DNA from: Candidatus Latescibacterota bacterium
GTDB lineage: Bacteria; Krumholzibacteriota; Krumholzibacteriia; WVZY01
Length of the DNA: 64,000 bases
NCBI GenBank assembly: GCA_020352495.1
Contig: CP070677.1
Coordinates: forward strand, 2,577,501-2,641,500
Direction: 5' to 3'
In this document: in pieces, positions 29,228 to 39,281 of the stretch
Layout: every line of letters begins with the position of its first letter
How positions within the stretch are numbered: the first letter of the stretch is position 1
Made by a program: the position numbers and the translations under genes
The notes under the pieces: generated by a model
What the model saw: the letters and a program-made list of their open reading frames with translations, nothing else
What the model was told of the DNA's origin: nothing
The model's database searches: none

Positions 29228-32200
29228 CTACCGGTCTTCGTCTCTAATCCCCATCCCGCTACGGTCGGGATACGGCGGCCGCTTTGGCTTCTTGTACGGG
29301 TGTCGTTTGAGCTCGTCCAGCATGTGATCGATGGCCGCATCGAGTTGAACGTCCTTGCCGCCAACCATTTTTGCCGGATCATCTATGACTTCGATATCGG
29401 GATCGACACCGTGCCCCTCGATCCCCCACGTGCCATCCTTTTCGTAAAACGCGAACGTCGGGGCGCTTGTATAGCCGCCATCGATCAATCGCGGATTGCC
29501 GCTGAGACCCACGAGACCTCCCCAGGTGCGCGTACCGATTAGTTTGCCCAATCCCGCCTCTCTGAACCAGAACGGGAAGTAATCACCACCGGACCCAGCC
29601 AGCCCGTTGATCAACATACACTTCGGCCCTTGATGAGCGTCGGGAGGCCACGGGAAGGAGTCGTCCCGATCGCGAAGCGCCCAGTAGTTGGCTATCGGCC
29701 GATTGAGGAGCTCGATGAAACGTGTGGGAATCTGGCCACCCCCGTTCCACCGTTCGTCGATGATCAATGCGTCGACGTCGACTTGTCCAAAATACTGGCG
29801 AACGAGCTCGTTCTGACCCCAGATGCTCGTGTTTGGGACATAGATATATCCAACCCTTTCATCGGTCTTCTCCGCAACATAGGCGCGGTTCTTCTCGACC
29901 CAGGCCCGGTAGCGAAGCATGTACTGCGAGCCTTCGAGTTTTACGAGTACATGACGCGCCTTGTCACTCATGGTCGGTTCTTCACTTACGGTCAGCGTTA
30001 CCGTCCGATTTGCCAACCCGACAAAGGCGGCCCACGGGTCCTTCGCCGTATCCACGGGGACGCCGTTTACCGCGAGGAGGTAATCGCCTTCTTTTATATC
30101 GATACCGGGCTGGCTCAGGGGCCCCCTGCCGTCGACGTCCCACGGGGCAGCCTCGAGAATCCTCGCCACGCGGTATGCACCGTTTTCTAGTTTGAAATCA
30201 CACCCGGGCATACCAACGCTCACACTCGGAGCCTCCTCCACATCACCGCCAAAGTAGTATGCATGTCCCACGTTGAGCTCGGAGATCATCTCGCGGATCA
30301 CATAGCTAACGTCTTCCCGCGAGGCGCAGTCTTTTAGCATTGGGCCGTAGTGTTCACGCACCGCCTCCCAATCGACGCCGTGCATATTGGGGTCGTAGAA
30401 GTAATCTCTCTGTATGCGCCATGCGTCGTTAAAGATCTGATTCCATTCCTCGCGTGGGTCTATTTGGCTCATCATACCCGACGTGGACACCATATCTTTG
30501 AGCTTTTGATCGGGCTTGGCGTCGACGATCGCCATGCCACGCTCCCAAGTCACGACGAGAAGCTTCTTACCGTCCGCAGACATCGCATAACCCCTGACGC
30601 CCTTCACAACGGTCTTTTCCCTTTCGTCCTCCTTCTCCTCATCCAGATCGAGGAGGTGAATCGACGTCTTCTCGTCCATCCCGCGAAGCGGGTTTCTCTC
30701 GTATATGAGCTTTCCCTCGTCGTTCACGTTCAACTGCGAGAAATTGCCACGTTCGACGGGGAGCAGAACGGCCCGGCGCTCGAAGTCTTCGAGATCGATC
30801 TTCACGGGCTCCGGTTTATCCTCGTCCTTGGAGTCCTTCTCTTCTTTTTCCCCCTCTTCCTTCTCTTTGTCTGCTTCGTCTTTCTTTTCCTCGTCGTCCT
30901 TTTCGTCCGCTTTTTCGTCGTCCTCCTTGTCCCACGTTTCGTCATCGCTCTTTGGTGCGAGCGGCGACGCGATTTCCTTTGTCAATGGAACGGCATAGAG
31001 CCGATCTGTATGAGCGTAGATCCAAGTCGTTCCGACATCTTCGTACATCGGTGACGAAAAATCCCGAAGGCTGGCAAAATAGAGATACTTCCCCTCGCGG
31101 TCGAACGTCGGCCAGGTATCATGGAACATCCCGCTCGTGACCTTCTGTTTCTTTTCGTCCTCGATATCGTAGAGCCAAATGGCGTTGGGTGTGATCATCC
31201 CCTCCCTGAGACTGTAGGCCATCCATTTCGAATCGCTCGACCAACTCACACGGGTTGCCCTTCCCCAACCCTTGTATTGATCCACCTTTTTTGTCTTTCC
31301 GCTTTCGACATCGGTGAGGTGAAGCTTCCCGGCTTTGTCCCAGAAACAGATCCACTTCGAGTCCGGCGACCAGGTCGGCAGGTAGAGGTAGCCGGCCTTG
31401 AGACTCGTGAGCCGCCGCGTCTCCCCCCGACCATCCGACTGCATGACATAGAGCTCGTACTCGCCGGTTTCATCCGAGAAATACGCGATCCATCGCCCAT
31501 CGGGACTCCAGGAAGGATCCCTTTCGGCATAGCCGCTCGTGCGGTGAAGATTGATCGGTGAACCCTTCTTTGCCGGGAGCGTCCAGATGTCTCCTCTCGC
31601 TCCCACGACGACACGTTTACCCGTGGATGATATGTCACGCCTGAATATTAGATCGCTCGTGTCGATCGCCTGGACACGGATCTTTGGCCGGTCTCCGGGA
31701 ATGGTTATCGAGATGCTTCGCGATTTCTCGCTTGCCAGATCGAGGAGATAGATGTCCGATGCGTGTTGGAAAACGATCTCCCCTTGTCCCTCCGATCCCG
31801 GACCAATCGAAGGCCACTTGACGTCGTAGTCCCGATACGTTGTAACCTGACTATTCTCACCGGTCTTCACATCGTGAACCCAGATGTTCAAACGATGTCC
31901 CTTACCGGCATCCGAGAGGTAATAGATCTTATCCCCATTCCACATGGGTTGGGTATCGGTTCCTTCCCAGTCTGTGATTTTCTTCGATTCGTGTGTTTTT
32001 AGGTTGAAGAGCCAGATATCTGTCGCCATCCCACCCCGGTACCTTTTCCACGTCCGGTGATCTCTGCTGTGTGGCGTGTAGGCAAGCCACTCGCCGTCTT
32101 CGCTCACCGCTCCGTTGGCCCCGTAAGGCACGGGCAGCTTCTCCGGCAGACCACCTTCGGCCGAGACGGTGAACATCTCTTGGGCCCTGGGGTAGTCGTA

Positions 32201-32599
32201 CATCCCATAGGCCCAGAACATCAACCGGCCGTCCGGTGTCCAATCGGTTATCACTTCGTTTGACGGATGGTGTGTGACACGAAATGGTGTGCCACCCGAT
32301 GTGGGTACCGTGTATAGATCGAGGTCGCCGTCGTAGTTCCCCATAAATGCAATCGTCTCCCCGTCAGGGCTGAACCTCGGGTACGCCTCCGCACCGGGCG
32401 GACCCGCCAAAGGCGTCGCCAAACCACCTTCTTTGGGTACAAGCCAGAGATCGTTGGCATAAAGAAACGCGATGTGCGTCTCGCTCACATCCGGGTACCT
32501 CAGCATTCCCGCGTGTGGCTCGACTGCAACTGCCTCGGCCGCGAACCCAAACAAAAGACCCAACAACGGTATCGCGGCGCAGAATCTGGAAACGGCCAT
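29228..32599 (-). CDS. Tricorn protease homolog (S41, PD40 propellers + PDZ), secreted
   Basis: AGGAGGAG RBS; signal peptide; LRYPD..., WKRYRGG, LNVGHAY, DERWNGGG, AGSGGD (catalytic Ser), IGTRTWGG, IEGHGVDPD. Confidence 0.95.
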   Translation of the reverse strand: MAVSRFCAAIPLLGLLFGFAAEAVAVEPHAGMLRYPDVSETHIAFLYANDLWLVPKEGGLATPLAGPPGAEAYPRFSPDGETIAFMGNYDGDLDLYTVPTSGGTPFRVTHHPSNEVITDWTPDGRLMFWAYGMYDYPRAQEMFTVSAEGGLPEKLPVPYGANGAVSEDGEWLAYTPHSRDHRTWKRYRGGMATDIWLFNLKTHESKKITDWEGTDTQPMWNGDKIYYLSDAGKGHRLNIWVHDVKTGENSQVTTYRDYDVKWPSIGPGSEGQGEIVFQHASDIYLLDLASEKSRSISITIPGDRPKIRVQAIDTSDLIFRRDISSTGKRVVVGARGDIWTLPAKKGSPINLHRTSGYAERDPSWSPDGRWIAYFSDETGEYELYVMQSDGRGETRRLTSLKAGYLYLPTWSPDSKWICFWDKAGKLHLTDVESGKTKKVDQYKGWGRATRVSWSSDSKWMAYSLREGMITPNAIWLYDIEDEKKQKVTSGMFHDTWPTFDREGKYLYFASLRDFSSPMYEDVGTTWIYAHTDRLYAVPLTKEIASPLAPKSDDETWDKEDDEKADEKDDEEKKDEADKEKEEGEKEEKDSKDEDKPEPVKIDLEDFERRAVLLPVERGNFSQLNVNDEGKLIYERNPLRGMDEKTSIHLLDLDEEKEDEREKTVVKGVRGYAMSADGKKLLVVTWERGMAIVDAKPDQKLKDMVSTSGMMSQIDPREEWNQIFNDAWRIQRDYFYDPNMHGVDWEAVREHYGPMLKDCASREDVSYVIREMISELNVGHAYYFGGDVEEAPSVSVGMPGCDFKLENGAYRVARILEAAPWDVDGRGPLSQPGIDIKEGDYLLAVNGVPVDTAKDPWAAFVGLANRTVTLTVSEEPTMSDKARHVLVKLEGSQYMLRYRAWVEKNRAYVAEKTDERVGYIYVPNTSIWGQNELVRQYFGQVDVDALIIDERWNGGGQIPTRFIELLNRPIANYWALRDRDDSFPWPPDAHQGPKCMLINGLAGSGGDYFPFWFREAGLGKLIGTRTWGGLVGLSGNPRLIDGGYTSAPTFAFYEKDGTWGIEGHGVDPDIEVIDDPAKMVGGKDVQLDAAIDHMLDELKRHPYKKPKRPPYPDRSGMGIRDEDR

Positions 32600-32802
32600 C
32601 TCGACTCCTCCTTCTGATGACGTTGGATGAACGTTCTCCGTAGACGTGGGGGGATCAATCATTACATACGAAACGGGGAGGATAAAGTTCTACTTTTCGT
32701 TCCACCCCCGGAGTGGGTATTCGGTCTTTTGACTCCGGTCGACTGACCGTATTATACTCGACTCGTCTCGGGGAAAAGCCTCGGCGGAAACGGAGGATCT
32801 AG

Positions 32803-34848
32803 ATGCGTCCCACGGTAACTCGCGAAGAGCTCTCCAGACTGGGAATCGACGCCACGATGTCCCGCGAGATCTTGGATAAGCTCAATGCGATCCCTCGGGA
32901 CACACCTCCGGCAGCGGTCTGGCGCGAGGTCTCTCGATCGGTGCTCTCAGCGGATATTCCGTTCGTTGTTCACAGTCTTCTTTTTGAGACGATATTCGCG
33001 AGCTGGGACCACTCGCACGGTCCCCCACCCGTGTGGATCCCGTCCGAGCAAGAAATCAGGTCCTCGAACGTCGCCGCCTTTTGCAAAAAGGCGAACATAT
33101 CGAGAGTGAGCGATCTCCACGCCTGGTCGGCGGAGAACCGGAGCGCGTTCTGGGAGACTGTCGTTGATATTCTCGGTATACGTTTCCGGAAATCCCCTAA
33201 GGCGATCGTCGATCTTGCCGATGGCATCGAAATGCCACGTTGGCTCGTGGGCGCACGCCTCAACATCGCGGAGAGCTGTTTCCAGGCGCCCGGTGACGCA
33301 CTGGCCGTGGTGTATCAGCCCGAGGGTGGCGCGATACAAAGAGCGACCTACGCTCAGCTCGACCGGCTCTCGAACCGGGTTGCGAATTCCCTGCTCGAGC
33401 TCGGTATCAAACACGGCGATCGAATCGCCATTGCCATGCCGATGACGTTGGAAGCGGTGGCGGCATATCTTGGGATCGTCAAAGCGGGCTTTGCCGTTGT
33501 GTCCATCGCGGACAGCTTTGCCGCCGAAGAGATGGCAACTCGTCTCCGAATTGCCGATACGAAGGCCGTTGTGACGCAGGATGTCGTCCTTCGCGCTGGC
33601 AAAACGCTTCCCATGTATGAAAAGGTGGTGGACGCCGGAGCAAAAACAGCCATCGTCGTTTTGACTCGAGATTCAACCGGTATCGCGCTTCGTGAGAACG
33701 ACATCGGTTGGGATTCATTTCTTGTCGAGAACGACGTTTTTGACGCGATCCCATGCGATCCCGACGAGGTGATCAACATTCTCTTCTCGTCGGGCACAAC
33801 CGGTGACCCCAAGGCCATTCCCTGGACCCAGACAACACCAATCAAATGTGCGATGGACGGCTTTCTGCATCATGACATCACACCGGGAGAAGTCGTCGTG
33901 TGGCCGACGAACCTTGGGTGGATGATGGGCCCGTGGCTGATTTTCGCAACCTTGGTGAATCGCGGAACGATGGCCCTTTATTATGGAGCCGCGGTGACCC
34001 GGGAGTTTTGCGAGTTTGTCCAGAACGTGGGAGTGAAGATGCTCGGTGTCGTACCGAGCCTGGTCAAAGCATGGAGGAAGGCGGACACCGTTCGCGGTCT
34101 CGACTGGTCATCGATCAAAGCATTCAGCTCCACCGGTGAAGTTTCGAATCCCGATGACTACCTCTATCTCATGTCGCTGGCCGGGTACCGCCCGGTCATC
34201 GAGTACTGCGGCGGTACCGAGATCGGAGGCGGTTACATCTCGGGGACCATCGTCCAACCCGCGTCGCCCTCAACATTCACGACGCCTTCGTTTGGACTCG
34301 ACTTTTGTATTCTCGACGAGAGCGGGAAGCCGGCGCGGAGCGGCGAACTCTTTATCATTCCCCCATCGATTGGGCTTTCCAACACGCTACTCAACCGCGA
34401 CCACCACGAGGTTTATTACGCCGGTACCCCCCGCGGTCCAAACGGCGAGTTGCTAAGAAGACATGGCGACGAGACAGAGGCGCTCCCCGGAGGGTACTAC
34501 AGAGGGCGCGGCCGCGCCGATGATACGATGAACCTGGGCGGCATCAAGGTGAGTTCATCAGAGATCGAGAGGACGTTGAATTCGGTCGACGGACTATTCG
34601 AAACCGCCGCAATTGCTGTCGATCCACCCGGAGGCGGACCCAGTCGTCTCGTGATCTATCTTGTGCCGGAACCCGGCGCCGACCTCAAACCCGAGACCGT
34701 GAAAAAAGACATGCAGCGTGCCATCGCCACGGGACTAAACCCGCTGTTCAAGATCCACGATGTCCGTGTGGTCGACACGCTTCCGCGGACCGCCTCCAAC
34801 AAAGTCATGAGACGTGCTCTACGGGAAGGTTACGCGAAGAACGAATAA
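32803..34848 (+). CDS. AMP-forming acyl-CoA synthetase (AAE17/18-like subfamily)
   Basis: ILFSSGTTGDPKAIPW, WPTNLGWMMGPW, IEYCGGTE, GRADDTMNLGGIK, LPRTASNKVMRR; GGAGG RBS. Confidence 0.9.
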   Translation: MRPTVTREELSRLGIDATMSREILDKLNAIPRDTPPAAVWREVSRSVLSADIPFVVHSLLFETIFASWDHSHGPPPVWIPSEQEIRSSNVAAFCKKANISRVSDLHAWSAENRSAFWETVVDILGIRFRKSPKAIVDLADGIEMPRWLVGARLNIAESCFQAPGDALAVVYQPEGGAIQRATYAQLDRLSNRVANSLLELGIKHGDRIAIAMPMTLEAVAAYLGIVKAGFAVVSIADSFAAEEMATRLRIADTKAVVTQDVVLRAGKTLPMYEKVVDAGAKTAIVVLTRDSTGIALRENDIGWDSFLVENDVFDAIPCDPDEVINILFSSGTTGDPKAIPWTQTTPIKCAMDGFLHHDITPGEVVVWPTNLGWMMGPWLIFATLVNRGTMALYYGAAVTREFCEFVQNVGVKMLGVVPSLVKAWRKADTVRGLDWSSIKAFSSTGEVSNPDDYLYLMSLAGYRPVIEYCGGTEIGGGYISGTIVQPASPSTFTTPSFGLDFCILDESGKPARSGELFIIPPSIGLSNTLLNRDHHEVYYAGTPRGPNGELLRRHGDETEALPGGYYRGRGRADDTMNLGGIKVSSSEIERTLNSVDGLFETAAIAVDPPGGGPSRLVIYLVPEPGADLKPETVKKDMQRAIATGLNPLFKIHDVRVVDTLPRTASNKVMRRALREGYAKNE

Positions 34849-34961
34849 ACAGCACAACACCAACCTGGATGCAATACGGCCGGATGTTCATCGGTTCCTG
34901 ACACTACCGACGCCCATCCGGCCGCGTTCACTTCCACAATATGTCAAACCGTCTCGGACGG

Positions 34962-35675
34962 CTATTCGGAATAGATCGCCTTTATGGCCCCCCAGGAACT
35001 CTCCTTAGTCGGCACCGTCGTGTCATGTGAGAACGCCGTCTTACACTCGTTCCCGTCGCGGTGGAGATTGTAGTTTTCGTCGGAGAAGGCGTAGATTCTC
35101 ACGCCATAGCAGATCTCCCACACGATGTGGTGGGTCACCTGATCCGAGTAGTTGTTGCCGTGCTCCGTCGGTGTCGAGACGACGAGATCACCGATCGGAT
35201 AGTACCATCCCAAACCCGCGTCGTACAAAATGGGATTCCCATCGACCCAGATATTGGGTACACACCACTCCGGCTCGAATTGATCGAACACGAGTAGTAT
35301 GTTGACATACGTCGTCGGCTCGTCGCTAAAACCGTCAACGATCAAATTGAAGTCCGTGCCGATCGCATAGTACCCCTGGTTGTCTTCGTCCAACACAAAC
35401 CCCGTGAGACCCGGAGCCTGATAGACCTCCCAGGCAATCTCGTGGGTGATGGCGTCGATCAACACCTCTCCGCCTCGATCGTACATCGGATCATAGAGCG
35501 AATCTCCCGGTCCGACCGTGTAGTACTCGCTCGACTCGTAGTGATACTCGCACGGACCTTCCGGATAAACGATGAGACAGGGATCGGGGGTTGCGTGACC
35601 GGCCGCAGGAAAGAGAGCTACACTCAAAAACACGAAACCTAAGCCACAAAGCGCTGCCCTTAGCAGATTTCGCAT
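34962..35675 (-). CDS. Secreted acidic protein with C-terminal VP...SSWGAIKAIY tail
   Basis: GAGGAGG RBS; signal peptide ending GHA; ends TTVPTKESSWGAIKAIYSE. Confidence 0.85.
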   Translation of the reverse strand: MRNLLRAALCGLGFVFLSVALFPAAGHATPDPCLIVYPEGPCEYHYESSEYYTVGPGDSLYDPMYDRGGEVLIDAITHEIAWEVYQAPGLTGFVLDEDNQGYYAIGTDFNLIVDGFSDEPTTYVNILLVFDQFEPEWCVPNIWVDGNPILYDAGLGWYYPIGDLVVSTPTEHGNNYSDQVTHHIVWEICYGVRIYAFSDENYNLHRDGNECKTAFSHDTTVPTKESSWGAIKAIYSE

Positions 35676-35927
35676 TACACCCTCCTCTCGGAAATTGAAC
35701 CGGTGACAGGCGCCTCGGGTGTATCTGCGCCTCGCGGGCCAAAATTCAACTTACTGCGAAACCAAACCGCGCTGCTCGACGTTCTTTTTGCTGGTTGTAA
35801 TATCTTTGTTGGATTTGGCTACACGGTGACTTCGATGTACGCTCAGTAATGGAACGTGTTGTGGTTCTCGGCGAAGCCAAACGACGTATTCGCCCCATAA
35901 GAACGCCCCTGACGTCGTGCGTTGCAT

Positions 35928-35956
35928 ATTATACCACAAACGGTTGTTGAAATCCA
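35928..35956 (-). promoter_or_regulatory. Extended -10 promoter upstream of the 35675 gene
   Basis: TGGATT-17 nt-TATAAT with TG extension. Confidence 0.5.
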
Positions 35957-36111
35957 CGTCTAACCTCTTCAAAAGCCAAAGCAAACGATACATGCACGAA
36001 TTCTTCCGAGGGCTCTTCCACACCCTCGACCGAACCATTCCGGGCTGGACAACTCCACCACTGGCCGCTATGTTTGAACGAAGTGCAAACGAGGAACCGA
36101 GTGTCGTTACC

Positions 36112-36591
36112 ATGCCGACTAGTGCGATTTTGATCAGCAGTGACCGCGCCGCGAGCGGAATCCGTCCTGATCGGACCACCGCACTGCTTTCCGACAAGCT
36201 GAGTGCCTTGGGTTTTGACGTTGTTCACAACGCGGTCGTCCCAGATGACAAACTTGGCATTGTCAAAACATTGCGCGCGTGGGTTAATGAAGGAATTGAA
36301 GTGATCCTGATATCCGGCGGGACCGGCGTGGCCCCCACCGATGTCACGCCTGAAGCGACGCTCGAGGTCATTACTCGTCGCGTACCGGGTATGGAGGAAG
36401 CGATGCGCCGCGTATCGCACGAGAAGACTCCGTTTGCGATGCTTGCACGCGGGGTCGTCGGAATCGCCCGGTCGAGTCTCGTCATCAACTTGCCGGGCAG
36501 TCCGACGGGCGCAGTCGAGAATCTCGAGGTCGTCGCTCCCGTCTTGGAACACGCGCTCGAGCTAATTCAAGGGGGCACACCCGACGGATGA
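36112..36591 (+). CDS. MogA/MoaB molybdopterin adenylyltransferase
   Basis: SDRAASG...VVPDD, ISGGTGVAPTDVTPEA, INLPGSP. Confidence 0.9.
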   Translation: MPTSAILISSDRAASGIRPDRTTALLSDKLSALGFDVVHNAVVPDDKLGIVKTLRAWVNEGIEVILISGGTGVAPTDVTPEATLEVITRRVPGMEEAMRRVSHEKTPFAMLARGVVGIARSSLVINLPGSPTGAVENLEVVAPVLEHALELIQGGTPDG

Positions 36592-37595
36592 GCGATCACG
36601 AAACACATCCCAGCAGTTGTCTGACGGATCTCAGCGGCCGGAGACTCTCGTACCTCCGTATCTCGCTTACCGACAGGTGCAACCTCAGATGCGACTACTG
36701 TTATCACTCCGTGAACGAATCACAAATCGCGGAGAGGGAACTCTCCGATGACGAGGTGATCCGTCTCGTCCGTGTCTTTTCCAAAATGGGGTTCGACAAG
36801 ATCCGTTTCACCGGCGGCGAGCTTCTCTTGCGCGATCGCGTAGTCGATCTGATACGAGAGACGGCCGTCACAGCCGGTGTGTCACTGATAGGAATTACGA
36901 CAAATGGTCTTTTGCTGGAGAAACACTTGCCGGGGCTCATCGACGCCGGTCTCAATCGACTCAATGTGAGTTTGGACACGTTGGATCGGGAAAAATTCAA
37001 ACGCATCACGGGAGTCGACGGTCTCGATCGGGTAACCAGCGTAATCTCGCGAGCCCTGGAAACGAATGTGTTCCCGCGAGTCAAAATCAATACCTTGGTC
37101 ATGCGGGGCGTGAACGATGACGAAATCGATAAGCTCGCCGACTGGGGGCTCTCTCGCCGGACCGATCTGAGGTTTATTGAGTTTATGCCGACCCGTGGTT
37201 CGGGTTGGGAAGAGAGTCGCTTTGTCAGTCAAGACGAGATGATTGAACGCGTCCGTGGTCCACTCGACATCGACCCGGTGATCGAGCCCAACAGTGGGCC
37301 CGCCTTGACATTCAAACAACGGGGCCGCCCGGGGCGCGTCAGCTTCATCTCCGCGGTCAGCCGAAGCTTTTGCAACGAGTGTAACCGGCTTCGCGTCACA
37401 TCCAGGGGTACAGTCGTTGGCTGTCTTTTTAGTGGGAAAGAAATACGCATTCGCGAGCTTCTCGATCCGCGCGTCGATGATGAAACGATCATTGCCGTCA
37501 TCAAGACCCTGACACGATCACAAGATTTCAGACGAGGGATCGAAAATCGAACCCGCACCTGGGAAGGCCCGTCAATGAGGGGGATTGGGGGATGA
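36588..37595 (+). CDS. moaA: GTP 3',8-cyclase
   Basis: YLRISLTDRCNLRCDYC, LRFIEFMP, FCNECNRLR...GCLF, C-terminal IGG. Confidence 0.95.
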   Translation: MSDHETHPSSCLTDLSGRRLSYLRISLTDRCNLRCDYCYHSVNESQIAERELSDDEVIRLVRVFSKMGFDKIRFTGGELLLRDRVVDLIRETAVTAGVSLIGITTNGLLLEKHLPGLIDAGLNRLNVSLDTLDREKFKRITGVDGLDRVTSVISRALETNVFPRVKINTLVMRGVNDDEIDKLADWGLSRRTDLRFIEFMPTRGSGWEESRFVSQDEMIERVRGPLDIDPVIEPNSGPALTFKQRGRPGRVSFISAVSRSFCNECNRLRVTSRGTVVGCLFSGKEIRIRELLDPRVDDETIIAVIKTLTRSQDFRRGIENRTRTWEGPSMRGIGG

Positions 37596-38620
37596 GCAGG
37601 CGTAAACCCACACATCTCGACGACGCCGGCAAAGCGCGGATGGTTGACATCGGGGGCAAGAGAGAGACCAATCGTCGTGCTGTTGCGTCCGCGCGGGTCG
37701 TGGTTTCCGATGAGTTGCTCGTCATGTTGAAGAACAACACCCTAGAGAAAGGTGATGCGATCGCAGCCGCCCGCCTCGCCGGCATCCAGGCGGCCAAACG
37801 AACGGGCGACCTGATTCCCCTCTGTCACCCCCTGCCCCTCAGCTATGTCGACGTCGATCTCCAGCTCATTGACGAACCGCCTTCCATCGTTATCACGACC
37901 GAGGCGCGGACCCATTACCGGACGGGCGTCGAGATGGAGGCTCTGACGGCGGCGGCTGTTGCGGCATTGACGATTTATGACATGGGGAAGAGCATCGATC
38001 GAATGATCGCGATCGAACACGTTCGGCTCGAGAGCAAAAGCGGCGGCGCCAGCGGGGAGTGGTCGCGGCGCGATTCGTCCCCTAGCGAAACCGGTTTGAA
38101 CCCGAAACCTCGTATCAAACGAGAGGGACGCATGACGAAGCCAAAACAAAACAAAGCGCAAGTGCACAAGATTTCTGTTGCCCCGACCACGGGTGAAAAA
38201 AAACAGAACGTCGCTCTGGCGGTGATCACTGCCGGCCGGGGCGTAGAAGGGGACGCTCATTCGACGACGGACCGCCCCCTGAGCCTGCTCCCTCTGGAAA
38301 GCTTCCATAAGGTGCAACACCCCGATCTCGATGTTCACCCAGGCGACTTTGCGGAAAACGTCACCACGTCCGGGCTCGATTTTACACGGCTTCGCGTCGG
38401 TTCGCGCTTGCGTCTCGGCGCCTCCGTCGAGATCGAAGTCGTTCAAATTGGAAAAGAATGTCATAACGGGTGCGTAATCAGAGAGACCGTGGGCGATTGC
38501 ATCATGCCGAGTGAGGGCGTTTTTGCCCGTGCCCTCACCAGTGGTGAGATACGAGAAGGTGATCCTATCGAGATCCTGGAGAGTGGCGATCGCGTTTCCG
38601 AGACTCCCACTGTCGGTTGA
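37592..38620 (+). CDS. moaC: MoaC-MOSC domain fusion
   Basis: THLD..GKARMVDIG.K, LIPLCHPL, TGVEMEAL, KSGG; then MOSC GDAH...PGDFAEN...QIGKECH.GC.I...GDCIMP.EGVF. Confidence 0.9.
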   Translation: MSRRKPTHLDDAGKARMVDIGGKRETNRRAVASARVVVSDELLVMLKNNTLEKGDAIAAARLAGIQAAKRTGDLIPLCHPLPLSYVDVDLQLIDEPPSIVITTEARTHYRTGVEMEALTAAAVAALTIYDMGKSIDRMIAIEHVRLESKSGGASGEWSRRDSSPSETGLNPKPRIKREGRMTKPKQNKAQVHKISVAPTTGEKKQNVALAVITAGRGVEGDAHSTTDRPLSLLPLESFHKVQHPDLDVHPGDFAENVTTSGLDFTRLRVGSRLRLGASVEIEVVQIGKECHNGCVIRETVGDCIMPSEGVFARALTSGEIREGDPIEILESGDRVSETPTVG

Positions 38621-38696
38621 CCCGCCGTGTTTCGATTTTTGCAGAGCAATCCCAAATCGCTAAGATGACAATACGTATATCGCTTGCGAGGCTGGC

Positions 38697-39281
38697 TTGA
38701 GTACACTTTACCCGGACATCACGGGCTATATTCTGGCGGGCGGACGCAGCCGCCGATTTGGCAAAGACAAACGCCAGATTCTCATTGGTGGGATCTCTCT
38801 ATTGGAGAAGACGCGTCGACTTCTCGTGGATCTTCTTGGCCGCGAACCGTTCGTCGTGGGCGACAACCTGTCCGATCTGGTTCTCGACCCTTCGACAATA
38901 GTCCCCGATTCCCGTCCGGGTTGCGGTCCCCTGGGCGGTTTGGTTGCCGCCCTTTCTCATTCACCAACGGTCTGGAGTCTTGTTATGGCGGCCGACATGC
39001 CGTTTCTGACGATCGAGGATCTTCGTCGGCTTGCCGATGCCCGAGCAGAGAGATTCGATGTGGTAGCCTTAAGTAGGACCGGCGCACCGGAGCCTCTTGC
39101 CGCGCTGTATCACATTCGACGTCTGCACTACTGGCACGAGTGTCTCGATTCCGGTCTGTATTCACTGGCCAAGAGCATCAAGACCCTAGATTGCAAGACG
39201 GTGATACTTGGCGCCTCCTCGAGATCCCTTCAAAACATAAATACTCCAGACGTCTTGGACGTAATCGAGAACGATTTATGA
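38697..39281 (+). CDS. mobA: Molybdenum cofactor guanylyltransferase
   Basis: ILAGGRSRRFGKDK, GPLGGL, AADMPFL, EPLAALY, NINTPD. Confidence 0.9.
   Translation: MSTLYPDITGYILAGGRSRRFGKDKRQILIGGISLLEKTRRLLVDLLGREPFVVGDNLSDLVLDPSTIVPDSRPGCGPLGGLVAALSHSPTVWSLVMAADMPFLTIEDLRRLADARAERFDVVALSRTGAPEPLAALYHIRRLHYWHECLDSGLYSLAKSIKTLDCKTVILGASSRSLQNINTPDVLDVIENDL

Noticed and set aside
30810..30950. Low-complexity repeat-like DNA in the tricorn gene
   Set aside because: Encodes the Lys/Asp/Glu-rich linker common in tricorn homologs
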